Origin: Candidatus Saccharimonadales bacterium
GTDB taxonomy: Bacteria; Patescibacteriota; Saccharimonadia; QS-5-54-17
Reading direction: 5' to 3'
Length of the DNA stretch: 64,000 nucleotides
NCBI GenBank assembly: GCA_040903985.1
Contig: JBBDUI010000002.1
Coordinates: forward strand, 671,469 to 735,468
Below, in pieces: positions 48,721 to 59,822 of this stretch (positions are counted from its first letter, which is position 1; each line of letters opens with the position of its first letter). The notes under the pieces are model-generated. The model worked only from the letters and a program-made list of their open reading frames with translations. It made no database searches and was not told where the DNA came from. The position numbers and the translations under genes are program-made.

Positions 48721-51700
48721 ATGAACAACAACCTATACGAGAAGACCGCTACCGACTTTGACGCTATCCGTCTCAGTGTTGCCAGCCCAGAGAACATCCT
48801 AGACTGGTCTCATGGTGAGGTTACTAAGCCGGAAACTATTAACTACCGTACCCAAAAACCGGAGAAGGATGGCTTGTTCGATGAGCGAATCTTCGGACCG
48901 AGTAAAGACTTTGAGTGCTACTGTGGTAAATACAAAGGCTCTCACTATCGTGGCGTTACCTGTGATCGTTGTGGCGTGTTGGTTGCACGTTCGATCGTCC
49001 GCCGAGAACGCATGGGCCACATCAGTCTAGCCGTACCAGTGACACACACTTGGTTCTTACGCGGTGCCCCTTCGAGTATTGGACTCATTCTTAACATGAC
49101 CGCCAAGAATTTAGAGAAGGTTGTATACTTCGCCAACTACGTTGTCACTGAAGTTAATGAGGACAAGAAGGAAGAGCTGCTGCACGAGCTGGAGTCGACT
49201 TTCGAGAACAACAGAGCGGCATTGAAACAAAAGTTTGAGGCTTTAGCCGAGCAGGAGGAGTCCGACATCAAACAGTTGGCTGCTCAGCAGACGGCTGAGA
49301 CCGATCAATTGGAGGATGAGTACACCACCAAACGGGCTCGGATCGAAGCATTAGTAGTTAAAGCTCTCCTAACTGAGGGCGAGTACCGCGATATTAAGCG
49401 CGAGCATGGCAATATATTCACCGCTATGATCGGGGCTGAGGCGGTCGAACACTTACTAAGTCAGATCGATGTCGACGCTACCGTAGCCGAGCTAAAGGTC
49501 GCTACTGAAGAATCACAAGGTCAACGACGTCGTAAGCTAATTAAGCGCTTGAAAAAGTTTGAGGGTATGCAAAAAGCCAACATCACTCCTTCTTGGATGG
49601 TGATGCGCCACATTCCAGTCATCCCACCGGAACTACGACCAATGGTGCAGTTGACCGGTGGACGTTTTGCTACTTCGGATCTCAACGATCTATATCGTCG
49701 GGTTATCAACCGTAACAACCGCTTGAAGAAGCTGGTCGACCTTAATGCGCCGGAAGTTATTCGTCGTAACGAGATGCGGATGCTCCAAGAAGCAGTCGAC
49801 GCTTTAATCGATAACTCTCATGCACGTGGCGGCCGTTCGGTCAGTGCTACCGGTGGAAGACGCAAGTTAAAAAGTCTGAGTGATCAGCTGCGCGGTAAGC
49901 AGGGTCGCTTCCGACAGAACCTGCTAGGTAAGCGGGTCGACTACTCGGGACGTAGCGTTATCGTTTCTGGCCCTACTCTGGGCTTAGACGAGTGTGGCCT
50001 ACCGAAGATGATGGCTCTCGAGCTATTCAAACCTTTCGTAATCGGTAAGCTAATTGAAGAGGAGGCGGCTCATAACGTTAAAGCTGCCGGCCAGATGATT
50101 GAGAGTGGTGAACCTGTAGTCTGGGATGCACTGGACAAAGTGATTGAAGGCAAATACGTTCTACTTAACCGTGCGCCTACCTTGCACCGTCTCGGAGTTC
50201 AGGCTTTCCGTCCGAAACTAATTGAGGGTAAGGCCATCCAGCTACACCCGTTGGTCTGTATCGGCTTTAACGCTGATTTCGATGGTGACCAGATGGCCGT
50301 TCACTTGCCGTTGGGTGATGAGGCTCAGGCTGAGGCTAAGAACATCATGGCTGCTAGTAAAAACTTACTTTACCCCTCTAGTGGTGAGGTTTACGTATAC
50401 ATCGCGCAGGATATGGTGCTGGGTGCTTACTATATGACCTACGAGAGATTAGGTATGGATAATCCAGCCTATATCTATACTGGCGCAGCCGAAGCTATGC
50501 ACGCCTATGACAATGAGACTATTACCTTACATACTCCGATTCAAGTCGAGATCGAGGGTGAGCTTACCACTACTACTATCGGGCGGATTATTTTCAATGA
50601 TATTCTACCGGTGGATCTACCATTCCAGAACATGACTTTCGATAAAGGTGAGCTAGCCGGACTATCAACTAAAATCTTTGAGCTTTACGGCATGGAGATT
50701 CTGGCTGAAGTGGCCGACGCCATTAAGACGCTAGGTTTCGAGTACGCTACAGTTTCCGGTCTTTCCACTGGAATGGACGACTACATCGTACCAAGTGAGA
50801 AAGGGGCGATTCTAGAACGCGGTGACGAACGGGTGAGTGAGATTAGTGAGCAGTACGATCAAGGTCTGATCACGGAGGAGGAGCGCTACCGCTTAACCAT
50901 CGAGTCTTGGCGTAATATTAACGAAGAACTTCAGGCAGTGGTAAAAGAACGTTTTGCTGAGCAAGATAACTCGACCACCGTTACTGTAGTCTCTGGGGCT
51001 CGAGCTAAGCTAAGTGCTGTCAGCCAGATCATAGGTATGCTAGGTAGTGTGATCGATGTTTACGGTAACACCATCGAACTACCGGTTAAGAGTAACTATA
51101 AGGAGGGCTTAAACGCTCTAGAATACTTCTCAGCTGCTCGCGGTTCACGTAAGGGTCTAGTCGACACCGCCCTGAAGACCGCCGATTCCGGTTATCTGAC
51201 GCGCCGTTTGGTTGATGTTTCCCAGGACACCTTCACGATCGAAGAGGATTGTGGTGATAACATCGGTCTGATAGTTGATCGTCATGAGAGTGAAGAGTTG
51301 GGTGTTAGTTTCGCCGATCGTCTTACCGGTCGAGTAGCGGCTGAGGCTCTAAAGGGTCAGATCAAGGTCGGTGAGCTGATTACGCGAGATAAGGCCGAGG
51401 CTATAGCAGCCGAGACTGAGATCGAACGCTTCCGGATCCGTAGCTTACTAAGCTGTCAATCGATTCGCGGTGTCTGCCAACACTGCTACGGTGTCGATCT
51501 TTCGACCGGCCGTATGGTCGACTTACGAGTTCCGGTGGGAGTTATGGCCGCTCAAGCTATCGGTGAGCCCGGTACGCAACTTACCCTCGACACCTTCCAT
51601 AAAGGTGGAGTTGCCGGCGATGACATTACTCAGGGCCTACCTCGTGTCGATGAGCTGTTTGAGGCGCGTAACCCGAAAGGACAGGCTCAACTGGCCGATG

Positions 51701-52524
51701 CTACTGGCACCATCTCTATTACCGAGGAAGAGTCGCGCTATGTAGTCCGACTCTCACCGGAAGGTAGCAATGAGAAGAGCTATCCGCTGAAAGGGCTGAA
51801 GCCGACGATCAAGACTAACCAATCTGTTAAAGCTGGTGACGTTCTCGCTACCAGTGAGGACCACAAGCACACCATTACTGCTACTTTGGACGGTACTGCT
51901 AAGGTCAATAAAACCAAGATTACTATCAAGGCCGAGAAAGTTGGCGTCCAAGAGTACACCATCCCGCGCTATCGTAATCTGTTAGTTAAGGACGGAGATC
52001 AGGTCACTGCCGGAGCGCAGCTAACGACTGGTTCGGTCAACCTGCAGGATCTGCTTAAACTGGCCGGTACCGCCGAGGTGCAACGCTACGTGATGAACGA
52101 AGTTCAACGGGTATTTAGTCTGCAGGGTGCGGGAATTGCTGACAAACACCTCGAAACCGTAGTGCAGCAGATGACCTCTCGCGTACACATCGAAGACCCC
52201 GGCGATAGTCTATTTGTAACCGGCGACGTGGTTAGCCGGGCTACCATCGTCGAAGAAAACCAGCGCTTAAGTAGCGAAGGCAAGCAGCCCATTACCTATA
52301 AGCAGCTACTGCTAGGAATCAGTAAGTCCTCGCTCAGTACCGACTCCTGGCTATCGGCTGCATCTTTCCAGGACACGACCCGGATTCTTATTGCCGCTGC
52401 TACTTCCGGTAGCGTCGATAAACTCTACGGCCTGAAAGAGAACGTGATCATCGGTCGTAAGATTCCAGTCGGAACCGGCTACACTCCCGAAGCGGATTTG
52501 ACTGACGAGAGTCAATCTGATTAA
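48721..52524 (+). CDS. rpoC: DNA-directed RNA polymerase subunit beta'
   Basis: 1267 aa with zinc-binding Cys (CYCGKYK...CDRCG) and the NADFDGD catalytic motif. Confidence 0.97.
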   Translation: MNNNLYEKTATDFDAIRLSVASPENILDWSHGEVTKPETINYRTQKPEKDGLFDERIFGPSKDFECYCGKYKGSHYRGVTCDRCGVLVARSIVRRERMGHISLAVPVTHTWFLRGAPSSIGLILNMTAKNLEKVVYFANYVVTEVNEDKKEELLHELESTFENNRAALKQKFEALAEQEESDIKQLAAQQTAETDQLEDEYTTKRARIEALVVKALLTEGEYRDIKREHGNIFTAMIGAEAVEHLLSQIDVDATVAELKVATEESQGQRRRKLIKRLKKFEGMQKANITPSWMVMRHIPVIPPELRPMVQLTGGRFATSDLNDLYRRVINRNNRLKKLVDLNAPEVIRRNEMRMLQEAVDALIDNSHARGGRSVSATGGRRKLKSLSDQLRGKQGRFRQNLLGKRVDYSGRSVIVSGPTLGLDECGLPKMMALELFKPFVIGKLIEEEAAHNVKAAGQMIESGEPVVWDALDKVIEGKYVLLNRAPTLHRLGVQAFRPKLIEGKAIQLHPLVCIGFNADFDGDQMAVHLPLGDEAQAEAKNIMAASKNLLYPSSGEVYVYIAQDMVLGAYYMTYERLGMDNPAYIYTGAAEAMHAYDNETITLHTPIQVEIEGELTTTTIGRIIFNDILPVDLPFQNMTFDKGELAGLSTKIFELYGMEILAEVADAIKTLGFEYATVSGLSTGMDDYIVPSEKGAILERGDERVSEISEQYDQGLITEEERYRLTIESWRNINEELQAVVKERFAEQDNSTTVTVVSGARAKLSAVSQIIGMLGSVIDVYGNTIELPVKSNYKEGLNALEYFSAARGSRKGLVDTALKTADSGYLTRRLVDVSQDTFTIEEDCGDNIGLIVDRHESEELGVSFADRLTGRVAAEALKGQIKVGELITRDKAEAIAAETEIERFRIRSLLSCQSIRGVCQHCYGVDLSTGRMVDLRVPVGVMAAQAIGEPGTQLTLDTFHKGGVAGDDITQGLPRVDELFEARNPKGQAQLADATGTISITEEESRYVVRLSPEGSNEKSYPLKGLKPTIKTNQSVKAGDVLATSEDHKHTITATLDGTAKVNKTKITIKAEKVGVQEYTIPRYRNLLVKDGDQVTAGAQLTTGSVNLQDLLKLAGTAEVQRYVMNEVQRVFSLQGAGIADKHLETVVQQMTSRVHIEDPGDSLFVTGDVVSRATIVEENQRLSSEGKQPITYKQLLLGISKSSLSTDSWLSAASFQDTTRILIAAATSGSVDKLYGLKENVIIGRKIPVGTGYTPEADLTDESQSD

Positions 52525-52559
52525 CTAACTACTGTTTGAATATTTGAAAGAGAGTTTCT

Positions 52560-52970
52560 GTGCCTACAATTAACCAGCTCATCACCAAGCCGCGTAAGAA
52601 GAGCAAGTCGAAATCCAAATCGGCCGCCCTGCACCATGTAAACAATCAGCTTGGTAACAAGAACTACACTAAACCATCGCCGTTTAAGCGCGGTGTGTGT
52701 TTGCGGGTGACGACTCAAACACCGAAAAAGCCTAACTCGGCTTTGCGTAAGATTGCCCGAGTTCGGTTAACTAACGGCAAGGAAATCACAGCCTATATTC
52801 CTGGTGAAGGGCATAACTTGCAGGAGCACTCCGTAGTTCTCGTTCGCGGTGGTCGGGTTAAGGACCTTCCGGGAGTGCGTTACCACATCGTGCGCGGCAC
52901 TTTCGATACTGGTGGTGTCAGCGGACGGTCTACGTCGCGCTCTAAATATGGAACTAAGAAGGAAAGCTAA
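52560..52970 (+). CDS. rpsL: 30S ribosomal protein S12
   Basis: GTG start; the sequence PTINQLI...[10 protein letters not shown]...VRGG is typical of S12. Confidence 0.95.
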   Translation: MPTINQLITKPRKKSKSKSKSAALHHVNNQLGNKNYTKPSPFKRGVCLRVTTQTPKKPNSALRKIARVRLTNGKEITAYIPGEGHNLQEHSVVLVRGGRVKDLPGVRYHIVRGTFDTGGVSGRSTSRSKYGTKKES

Positions 52971-53446
52971 TGCCACGCAAGAAGACTAAATCCCTCCAAC
53001 GTAATATCCAGCCGGATCGCAAGTACAATAGCGTACTGGTAGCCCGTTTGATTAACAAGGTCATGCTGGATGGCAAGAAGCTTAAAGCCGAACGAGTAGT
53101 CTATGATGCCTTAGAGGAAGTGGAGCGCCGCACTAAGCAGCCGGCACTCGAGGTTTTTGAAGCGGCTTTAAGGAACGTCTACCCTCAGGTTGAGGTTAAA
53201 TCGCGTCGCGTCGGCGGTGCTAACTATCAGATTCCTTACGAGGTTAAAGGTAGTCGCCAGATACACCTTACACTGATGTGGATGGTGCAGGCGACACGAA
53301 AGAAGAAGGGTAAGCCGATGAGCCTGCGTCTAGCCGATGAGCTGGTAGACGCCTATAACAATGCCGGTGAAACCTTCAAGAAGAAGGAAGATGCTCATAA
53401 GATGGCAGAGGCCAACCGTGCTTTCGCCCACCTTGCGCGGTTCTAG
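52970..53446 (+). CDS. rpsG: 30S ribosomal protein S7
   Basis: Typical S7 sequence (PDRKYNS...). Confidence 0.95.
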   Translation: MPRKKTKSLQRNIQPDRKYNSVLVARLINKVMLDGKKLKAERVVYDALEEVERRTKQPALEVFEAALRNVYPQVEVKSRRVGGANYQIPYEVKGSRQIHLTLMWMVQATRKKKGKPMSLRLADELVDAYNNAGETFKKKEDAHKMAEANRAFAHLARF

Positions 53447-53455
53447 GGTTCAAGC

Positions 53456-53752
53456 ATGAGTGGTATTTGCGAAGAGCGCCCCTTGCAGGCTACGCTGGAT
53501 AGCGCTCAGGAACTGGTCGAGCACTATCCAGAAGATGTGCATCCGACTCAGGAGCAGTCTCTGGGTGGTATAGCGGTTACCGCGAGTAGCTTAGAGCGGG
53601 TAGCTAAGCGATTGAACTGCCCGGGACCGATTACCAAAGATCAGCTCGACTGCCCCTTGCGGGACTCCGCCCTCGGTGCTCGTAACTACGGTTTAGGTAA
53701 ATGGGATCTGCAAGTTGACCTGAATGAAGATAGGCCGGGATATCATGGATGA
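53456..53752 (+). CDS. hypothetical small ORF (98 aa) in the unusually long rpsG-fusA spacer; coding status uncertain
   Basis: Intact ORF in a spacer of about 400 bp that is normally short. The RBS is weak, local GC is high and repeated ccccttgc(a/g)gg motifs occur, so it could instead be a structured RNA. Confidence 0.3.
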   Translation: MSGICEERPLQATLDSAQELVEHYPEDVHPTQEQSLGGIAVTASSLERVAKRLNCPGPITKDQLDCPLRDSALGARNYGLGKWDLQVDLNEDRPGYHG

Positions 53753-53843
53753 ATCAGGGTCTACTGGATCAAAATCTAGGATACCGCATCATCCAGGACA
53801 ATATTTATAAATTTAAGCTAATAGATTTGATAAGGAATTAAAT

Positions 53844-55925
53844 ATGACTAAACGTGAGCATGCATTAGAATCAACTAGAAATATCGGCACTATCGCCCAC
53901 ATCGATGCCGGGAAAACTACCGTCACTGAGGGCATACTTTATCGCACTGGTTTAACCCATAAGATCGGGGCCGTGCATGAAGGTGAAGCTACCATGGACT
54001 GGATGGAGCAGGAGCAGGAGCGAGGTATTACGATTACCTCAGCTGCAACGACCTGTTTCTGGAAGGATCATCGGATTAACATTATCGACACTCCGGGCCA
54101 CATCGACTTTACCGTCGAGGTTGAGCGCAGTTTACGTGTACTTGATGGTGCCTTGGTGATTTTCGACGGCAAGATGGGGGTTGAGCCTCAGTCAGAGACC
54201 GTCTGGCGCCAAGCTGATAAATACAAGGTGCCGCGCATCTGCTTTATCAATAAGATCAACCAGACCGGTGGCGATTTCTATTCGAGTCTAGAGACGATAC
54301 ATGAGCGTCTAGGCAAACATGCCTATCCGATTCATTTACCGATAGGCTTCGAGCAGTCGGTCTCCGGTATCGTCGATCTCATCGAGATGAAGGCTTACAC
54401 TTACGATGATTTTACCGATAAGGAACTAAAAGTTAGTGAAGTACCGGAAGATATGCTGGAGAAGGTAGAGCGCTACCGCCAGCACTTGATCGAAGGTGCA
54501 TTGGAGCACCACGACGAGCTAATGGAGAAGTACTTGGAGACCGGAGAGCTAAGTGAAGCAGAGATTAAGTCTGCCGTGCGGGAATCGGTACTAACCGGTA
54601 AGTTCTATGCCGTATCTGGCGGTGACGGTCGCGGTGTCATCATGGAGAAAGTCCTCGATGCCGTAGTTGACTACCTACCTAGCCCGTTAGATGTTCCACC
54701 TGCCAAGGGTGAATCACCGAAAACCGGTGAAGAGATTACGCGGAAGACTTCTGATGATGAGCCGTTTACGGCCCTAGCTTTTAAGGTCGCCACCGATCCG
54801 TTCGTCGGAAAACTAACTTTCTTCCGGGTTTATTCCGGTACCATGGAGGCCGGCTCCTATGTCCTAAATGCTAATACCGGCAGTAAAGAGCGTTTAGGCC
54901 GTATCGTTCGTCTGCATGCTAACACTCGCGAAGATGTAGACAAGGTTTTTGCCGGTGATATCGCAGCCGCCGTCGGCTTGAAAGGTACAACTACCGGGGA
55001 CACCCTGTCCGATGTTGATAACCCGGTAATGTTAGAGAACATTACTTTCCCAGACCCGCCGGTAGCCGTAGCGATCGAACCAAAGACTAAGGCTGATCAG
55101 GAGAAGATGTCGACCGCCTTGCAGCGCCTAGCGGAAGAGGATCCGACCTTTAGGGTCCACACCGATGAAGAGACCGGCCAGACGATTATTGAAGGTATGG
55201 GTGAATTACACCTTGAGATCATCATCGATCGAATGAAGCGTGAATTTAAAGTCGAAGCTGACGTCGGTAAGCCTCAGGTAGCTTACCGGGAGGCTATCAC
55301 TAAGCCGATAGCTAACGTCGAGACTAAATTTATTCGTCAGACGGGTGGTAGGGGTCAGTACGGGCACGTCATCATCGATGTCGAACCACGTGAACGTGGG
55401 GAGGGCTTCGACTTCGAGAACGCTATCGTCGGTGGTTCAATTCCCCGCGAGTACATCAAACCAGTGGAAGAAGGCATCAAAGAGGCCTTAGCCAGTGGTA
55501 TCATTGCGGGCTACCCAGTAGTAGACGTGGGCGTTAAGCTACATGATGGTTCATACCATGATGTCGACTCTTCGGAAGTAGCCTTTAAGATCGCCGGCTC
55601 TATGGCTATCCAAGATGCCGTGAAGCGAGCCGGACCGGTTCTGCTTGAACCGGTGATGAAGATTGAAATCATCACTCCGGAAGAGTTCATGGGAGATGTA
55701 ATGGGAGATGTGAATTCACGTCGAGGCCGGGTAGAGAAGATGGAGGACCGTGCTAAGGCCAAGATCATCGAAGCCTATGTGCCGTTAGCTGAGATGTTTG
55801 GCTACACTACGGACCTACGCTCTATGACTCAGGGGCGAGCTGCCAGCTCAATGGAGCTATCCCACTACGAGCCGGTCCCTTCCCAGGTGGCCGAGGCAGT
55901 TATCGGCGAACGCGGATCGAAGTAG
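53844..55925 (+). CDS. fusA: elongation factor G
   Basis: G domain ([21 protein letters not shown]) and EF-G domains II to V. Confidence 0.97.
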   Translation: MTKREHALESTRNIGTIAHIDAGKTTVTEGILYRTGLTHKIGAVHEGEATMDWMEQEQERGITITSAATTCFWKDHRINIIDTPGHIDFTVEVERSLRVLDGALVIFDGKMGVEPQSETVWRQADKYKVPRICFINKINQTGGDFYSSLETIHERLGKHAYPIHLPIGFEQSVSGIVDLIEMKAYTYDDFTDKELKVSEVPEDMLEKVERYRQHLIEGALEHHDELMEKYLETGELSEAEIKSAVRESVLTGKFYAVSGGDGRGVIMEKVLDAVVDYLPSPLDVPPAKGESPKTGEEITRKTSDDEPFTALAFKVATDPFVGKLTFFRVYSGTMEAGSYVLNANTGSKERLGRIVRLHANTREDVDKVFAGDIAAAVGLKGTTTGDTLSDVDNPVMLENITFPDPPVAVAIEPKTKADQEKMSTALQRLAEEDPTFRVHTDEETGQTIIEGMGELHLEIIIDRMKREFKVEADVGKPQVAYREAITKPIANVETKFIRQTGGRGQYGHVIIDVEPRERGEGFDFENAIVGGSIPREYIKPVEEGIKEALASGIIAGYPVVDVGVKLHDGSYHDVDSSEVAFKIAGSMAIQDAVKRAGPVLLEPVMKIEIITPEEFMGDVMGDVNSRRGRVEKMEDRAKAKIIEAYVPLAEMFGYTTDLRSMTQGRAASSMELSHYEPVPSQVAEAVIGERGSK

Positions 55926-55999
55926 CGACTGAGTGGGGTGTCGTGATCTCTGATCGACACCTCGATTCGTTACCACATACATTTGCCAGTTAAGAGGGC

Positions 56000-56028
56000 T
56001 TGCCAAACAGATGTAGGATCAGTATAAT
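56000..56028 (+). promoter_or_regulatory. sigma70-like promoter upstream of tuf (TTGCCA-17-TATAAT)
   Basis: Consensus-like boxes in the fusA-tuf gap. The hairpin gtgtgcc-tag-ggcacac lies in the leader. Confidence 0.5.
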
Positions 56029-56097
56029 CAAAAGCTGATGATAATTCGGTGTGCCTAGGGCACACTTTAATATAAGTAAATTTTAAGGAGTTAGCAG

Positions 56098-57279
56098 ATG
56101 GCTGATTTTAAGCGCGATAAGCCGCACATTAATGTAGGTACTATGGGTCACGTCGACCACGGTAAAACTACTCTAACCGCTGCCATTACCACAGTTTTAG
56201 CAGAGAAAGTTCCTAGCGACATCAACAAGATGGTCGCCTATGATGCGATCGACAAGGCACCGGAAGAGCGAGAGCGGGGAATTACTATCGCTACTTCACA
56301 CCAGGAGTACGAAAGTGAAAACCGACACTATGCCCACGTCGATATGCCGGGTCACGCCGACTACGTCAAGAACATGATTACTGGAGCTGCCCAGATTGAT
56401 GGTGCCGTCCTAGTAGTATCGGCTGCTGATGGCCCAATGCCACAGACTCGAGAGCACGTTCTATTGGCTCGCCAGGTTGGTGTGCCAAGTATCGTGGTCT
56501 ACCTGAATAAGACCGATCTTGCCGACCCAGATCTTGTCGAATTAGTCGAGATGGAAGTCCGTGAACTCCTTGAGAAGTACGAATACGACGCCGACGCACC
56601 AATTGTGAAGGGGTCTGCCCTGAAGGCTATCGAAGGTGACGCTGATGCTCAAGAGTCAATCATGGAGCTGGTTAAGGCAATGGATGAATTCTTTCCCGAG
56701 CCGAAGCGCGAAATCGAGAAAGACTATTTAATGCCAGTTGAGGATGTTTTCTCAATCAAGGGCCGTGGAACTGTTGCTACCGGACGAATCGAGCAGGGAA
56801 TCGTTAACGTTGGTGACGAGATCGAGATTGTCGGTTTACGCGACACCACCAAGTCGACCGTTACTGGGGTTGAGATGTTTAATAAATCCCTTGATCAGGG
56901 ACAGGCCGGCGATAATGTCGGTATCTTGCTTCGTGGTATTGAACGCGACGATATCGAGCGGGGCCAAGTGCTGTCTAAGCCTGGTTCGATTACTCCACAC
57001 ACCGAGTTCGATGCGGAAGTCTACATTCTTAACAAAGATGAAGGCGGACGCCACACTCCATTCTTCAAAGGCTACAAGCCACAGTTTTACTTCCGTACCA
57101 CAGACGTTACTGGCGAAGTAGAGCTCCCAGAGGGCACTGAGATGGTGATGCCGGGTGACACCATTACCTTTAAGGTTAAACTGATCCAGCCGATTGCCAT
57201 GGAAGAGGGTCTCCGCTTTGCTATCCGTGAGGGTGGTAAGACGGTTGGGGCCGGTGTGGTAACGAAGATCAATAAGTAG
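56098..57279 (+). CDS. tuf: elongation factor Tu
   Basis: [17 protein letters not shown] and NKTD motifs; 393 aa. Confidence 0.97.
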   Translation: MADFKRDKPHINVGTMGHVDHGKTTLTAAITTVLAEKVPSDINKMVAYDAIDKAPEERERGITIATSHQEYESENRHYAHVDMPGHADYVKNMITGAAQIDGAVLVVSAADGPMPQTREHVLLARQVGVPSIVVYLNKTDLADPDLVELVEMEVRELLEKYEYDADAPIVKGSALKAIEGDADAQESIMELVKAMDEFFPEPKREIEKDYLMPVEDVFSIKGRGTVATGRIEQGIVNVGDEIEIVGLRDTTKSTVTGVEMFNKSLDQGQAGDNVGILLRGIERDDIERGQVLSKPGSITPHTEFDAEVYILNKDEGGRHTPFFKGYKPQFYFRTTDVTGEVELPEGTEMVMPGDTITFKVKLIQPIAMEEGLRFAIREGGKTVGAGVVTKINK

Positions 57280-57284
57280 CATCA

Positions 57285-57608
57285 ATGGCAGCTGATACAC
57301 CTAACAAACAGCGCATTCGTATTAGGCTTAAAGCCTACGATCATAAGTTGATAGATCAGTCTGCTAAGCAGATTATCGAGACGGCACTACGGACCGGTGC
57401 GACGGTAGCCGGTCCAGTACCGCTGCCGACCGATCGTAGTAGTTACACGGTGATTAAGAGCCCGCACATCTTTAAAGATTCGCGCGAACAGTTCGAGATG
57501 CGCGTTCACAAACGTTTGATCGACATCACTGACCCGACAAACAAGACTATCGATTCATTGATGAGTCTAAGTTTGCCCGGCGGGGTCGACACCGAAATCA
57601 AGATGTAG
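57285..57608 (+). CDS. rpsJ: 30S ribosomal protein S10
   Basis: The sequence [18 protein letters not shown] is typical of S10. Confidence 0.95.
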   Translation: MAADTPNKQRIRIRLKAYDHKLIDQSAKQIIETALRTGATVAGPVPLPTDRSSYTVIKSPHIFKDSREQFEMRVHKRLIDITDPTNKTIDSLMSLSLPGGVDTEIKM

Positions 57609-57630
57609 TCTTAAGTTGTTTAAGTAAAAA

Positions 57631-57657
57631 GGAGAGCGCTAGCTCTCCTTTTTACTT
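57631..57657 (+). terminator. rho-independent terminator immediately after rpsJ
   Basis: The hairpin ggagagc-gcta-gctctcc is followed by tttttacttttc, with an A-run upstream. Confidence 0.7.
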
Positions 57658-57710
57658 TTCTGGCTAGTCCATGCTCGCATAATCGCCAGGTCTTTGCTTA
57701 AATAGGAGTA

Positions 57711-57977
57711 ATGAAAACGCCTAGTAGAGTTCAACCAAGTGAAGCGGACAGTGTCTACTTCTTAAAATTACTACTCTTCTTTATCTTGGGGGCTATCTGG
57801 CTCTACCTACCTTTCACCTCCGTCCCGCTTCCGATCGGTTTTGTGCTGGGAGTGCTGTTTGCCCGTCATGACCACTTCCAGGTGGATCGGAAAATCGAAT
57901 ATGCCATATTATTGGTAGCTGCTATCTTAAGTCTGGTAGCTCCGATAGGGATTGTACTCGACGCTACAGCTCTATGA
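57711..57977 (+). CDS. small two-TM membrane protein (88 aa) inserted between rpsJ and rplC
   Basis: Hydrophobic ORF; its stop overlaps the start of the downstream gene (ATGA). Confidence 0.5.
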   Translation: MKTPSRVQPSEADSVYFLKLLLFFILGAIWLYLPFTSVPLPIGFVLGVLFARHDHFQVDRKIEYAILLVAAILSLVAPIGIVLDATAL

Positions 57978-59683
57978 AACGAATCGGGCGGCTGTTTACC
58001 AATTATTTAAGCCGACGATCGACTCGGCTTGTCCTAGCGGCAGTAGCTTTACTCATAGCAGCTTTAGCCTTGACATGGGTTTACTACCAACCGGTGCGAG
58101 CCGAAGTCGACTACACCGCCTGTGATATTAGCTATGGTGAGGTGGTAGGTGAATGGAGTGGTAGCGAGGATAGCGAGTGGGATCGTTCCGGTGTGCACTA
58201 TCAAGTGCGCCGTTTCTCACTCCAGGCGCATGCACCTGATGTGGCTCGGCCCAATACAATTGAGGCCGTACCGTCCCGACTTAGTACCGGAGGAGGGGAT
58301 GGCTGTATCGAGGAGTTCGACGAAACTATAGATACGACGGCCGAGTTCTATCGCTACAACGGAGCCCGCACTCAGGCTATTCGCTTCGGTGTGCCCGATC
58401 TGGGTGATACCAATACGGGTGGCAGGTTTTTCCGTCCGATCAGCCGAGCAGAGAGTAGGGCTGATTTAAGCGTTCCGGTTTATGCCACTCATCCTACAGC
58501 GGCCGCAGTTTGGGTTGATGATGGAGGGAGTGCCGAGATACTAATAGAGGCCGAGGCGACACCGCTCTGGTGCATTAATGGTTCAGACTGTCACGATATT
58601 ATCGACCATGAGGCCGCTCCGTATCCAGCGAAAGGGCAGGGCTATCAGTTTGTGACCGATAACTGTCCGGCGGCAATTAGCTGTAACGCTGAATGGTACG
58701 ATGCCACTATTCTTTCCCGCCTCACTACAGCTGAGGCTACCCCAGTAGCACCTTTCGATCTTCGACTCTCGGCTGTTTCAACCTGGGCCCCGACTATCGG
58801 GACTGAAATGTTGTTGGTCTTTGCCTACCCTACCGAAGTAGAGTTAGATGTAGCCTTGAATGCTGAGAGTGATACGTTCGATCCAGGTGCTAGTTTCGAC
58901 CTCACCGCTCATATCTCTAAGGTAGGACCTCTTGTTACGGAGGGACAGCTCCAGCTAGAGACAGCCGAACAACCTGCCGACTCCCCGGCCTCAACCCGGG
59001 TGTTAACAGCCACAGAGTTAGCGACCTTAAATCAAACCGATGTGCTTAAACTTACATTTCCGGTCACTATTGCTCCAACTGCTGAGCGCGGAGCCTGCTA
59101 CCAGCTACAGTTAGCTCTTACTGGTGTTACGGAAAATCGATCTATAACTGGATTTGACTACTGCATTACTCCGCCGGATCCTGAACCTACCTCACCAGCA
59201 TCACTCGCAACACACTTTACCTATAGTGTTAATACCCGGGGTGAGACGGAGTCTGATTTGAGCCAGTTTAAGGCTCAAGCGGCCGCTACCTTGAATGATG
59301 CACGTGGTTGGGCACAGGCCGGGGTTTCAACTACAGCTGTATCGAGCGGTGGCGATTTCATTTTATGGTTAGCTGCACCAGATACTATGACTAGCTTCTC
59401 ATCCGCCTGTTCGGCCGAATACAGCTGTCGGGTGGGGCAGAACGTGGTAATTAACGATGCACGATGGCAAAACGCTACGTCGGCTTGGAACTCGGCTGGT
59501 GGTAGTTTGCGTGACTACCGTCATATGGTAATTAACCATGAGGTGGGACATTTCTTAGGTCATGGTCATTATGGCTGCCCAGCTCCAGGTGCTCGCGCCC
59601 CTGTGATGCAACAGCAGTCGATCGATTTAGATGGCTGTAAGTTTAACCCCTGGCCGTTGCCGTTCGAACTAGCTGCAATTTAA
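57974..59683 (+). CDS. membrane-anchored/secreted protein (569 aa) with a C-terminal metzincin-type zinc-binding motif; putative metalloprotease
   Basis: N-terminal signal anchor (LVLAAVALLIAALALTW). Near the C-terminus, HMVINHEVGHFLGHGHY fits HEXXHXXGXXH, followed by a possible Met-turn (APVMQ). The rest has no recognisable domain. Confidence 0.55.
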   Translation: MKRIGRLFTNYLSRRSTRLVLAAVALLIAALALTWVYYQPVRAEVDYTACDISYGEVVGEWSGSEDSEWDRSGVHYQVRRFSLQAHAPDVARPNTIEAVPSRLSTGGGDGCIEEFDETIDTTAEFYRYNGARTQAIRFGVPDLGDTNTGGRFFRPISRAESRADLSVPVYATHPTAAAVWVDDGGSAEILIEAEATPLWCINGSDCHDIIDHEAAPYPAKGQGYQFVTDNCPAAISCNAEWYDATILSRLTTAEATPVAPFDLRLSAVSTWAPTIGTEMLLVFAYPTEVELDVALNAESDTFDPGASFDLTAHISKVGPLVTEGQLQLETAEQPADSPASTRVLTATELATLNQTDVLKLTFPVTIAPTAERGACYQLQLALTGVTENRSITGFDYCITPPDPEPTSPASLATHFTYSVNTRGETESDLSQFKAQAAATLNDARGWAQAGVSTTAVSSGGDFILWLAAPDTMTSFSSACSAEYSCRVGQNVVINDARWQNATSAWNSAGGSLRDYRHMVINHEVGHFLGHGHYGCPAPGARAPVMQQQSIDLDGCKFNPWPLPFELAAI

Positions 59684-59684
59684 G

Positions 59685-59714
59685 TTGACACCCCTTAGGG
59701 AGCGCTGGTACAAT
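59685..59714 (+). promoter_or_regulatory. sigma70-like promoter (TTGACA-18-TACAAT) upstream of rplC
   Basis: Consensus -35 and a good -10 in the 139-bp gap after the inserted genes. This implies the rplC cluster is transcribed separately from rpsJ. Confidence 0.5.
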
Positions 59715-59822
59715 TAATCGGTACGTATTCGCTATGTAATCTTGCGAAAACTGCTAGAAGATATCCTGCAGCTATTCAAGGGGTATAATTCGTAGCAGTA
59801 TTTTTATGTAAAGTGGACTTAA

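Noticed and set aside
48091-52292. Antisense and overlapping ORFs inside rpoB, rpoC and other long genes
   Set aside because: They are shadow ORFs within highly conserved coding sequence, with no independent signals.
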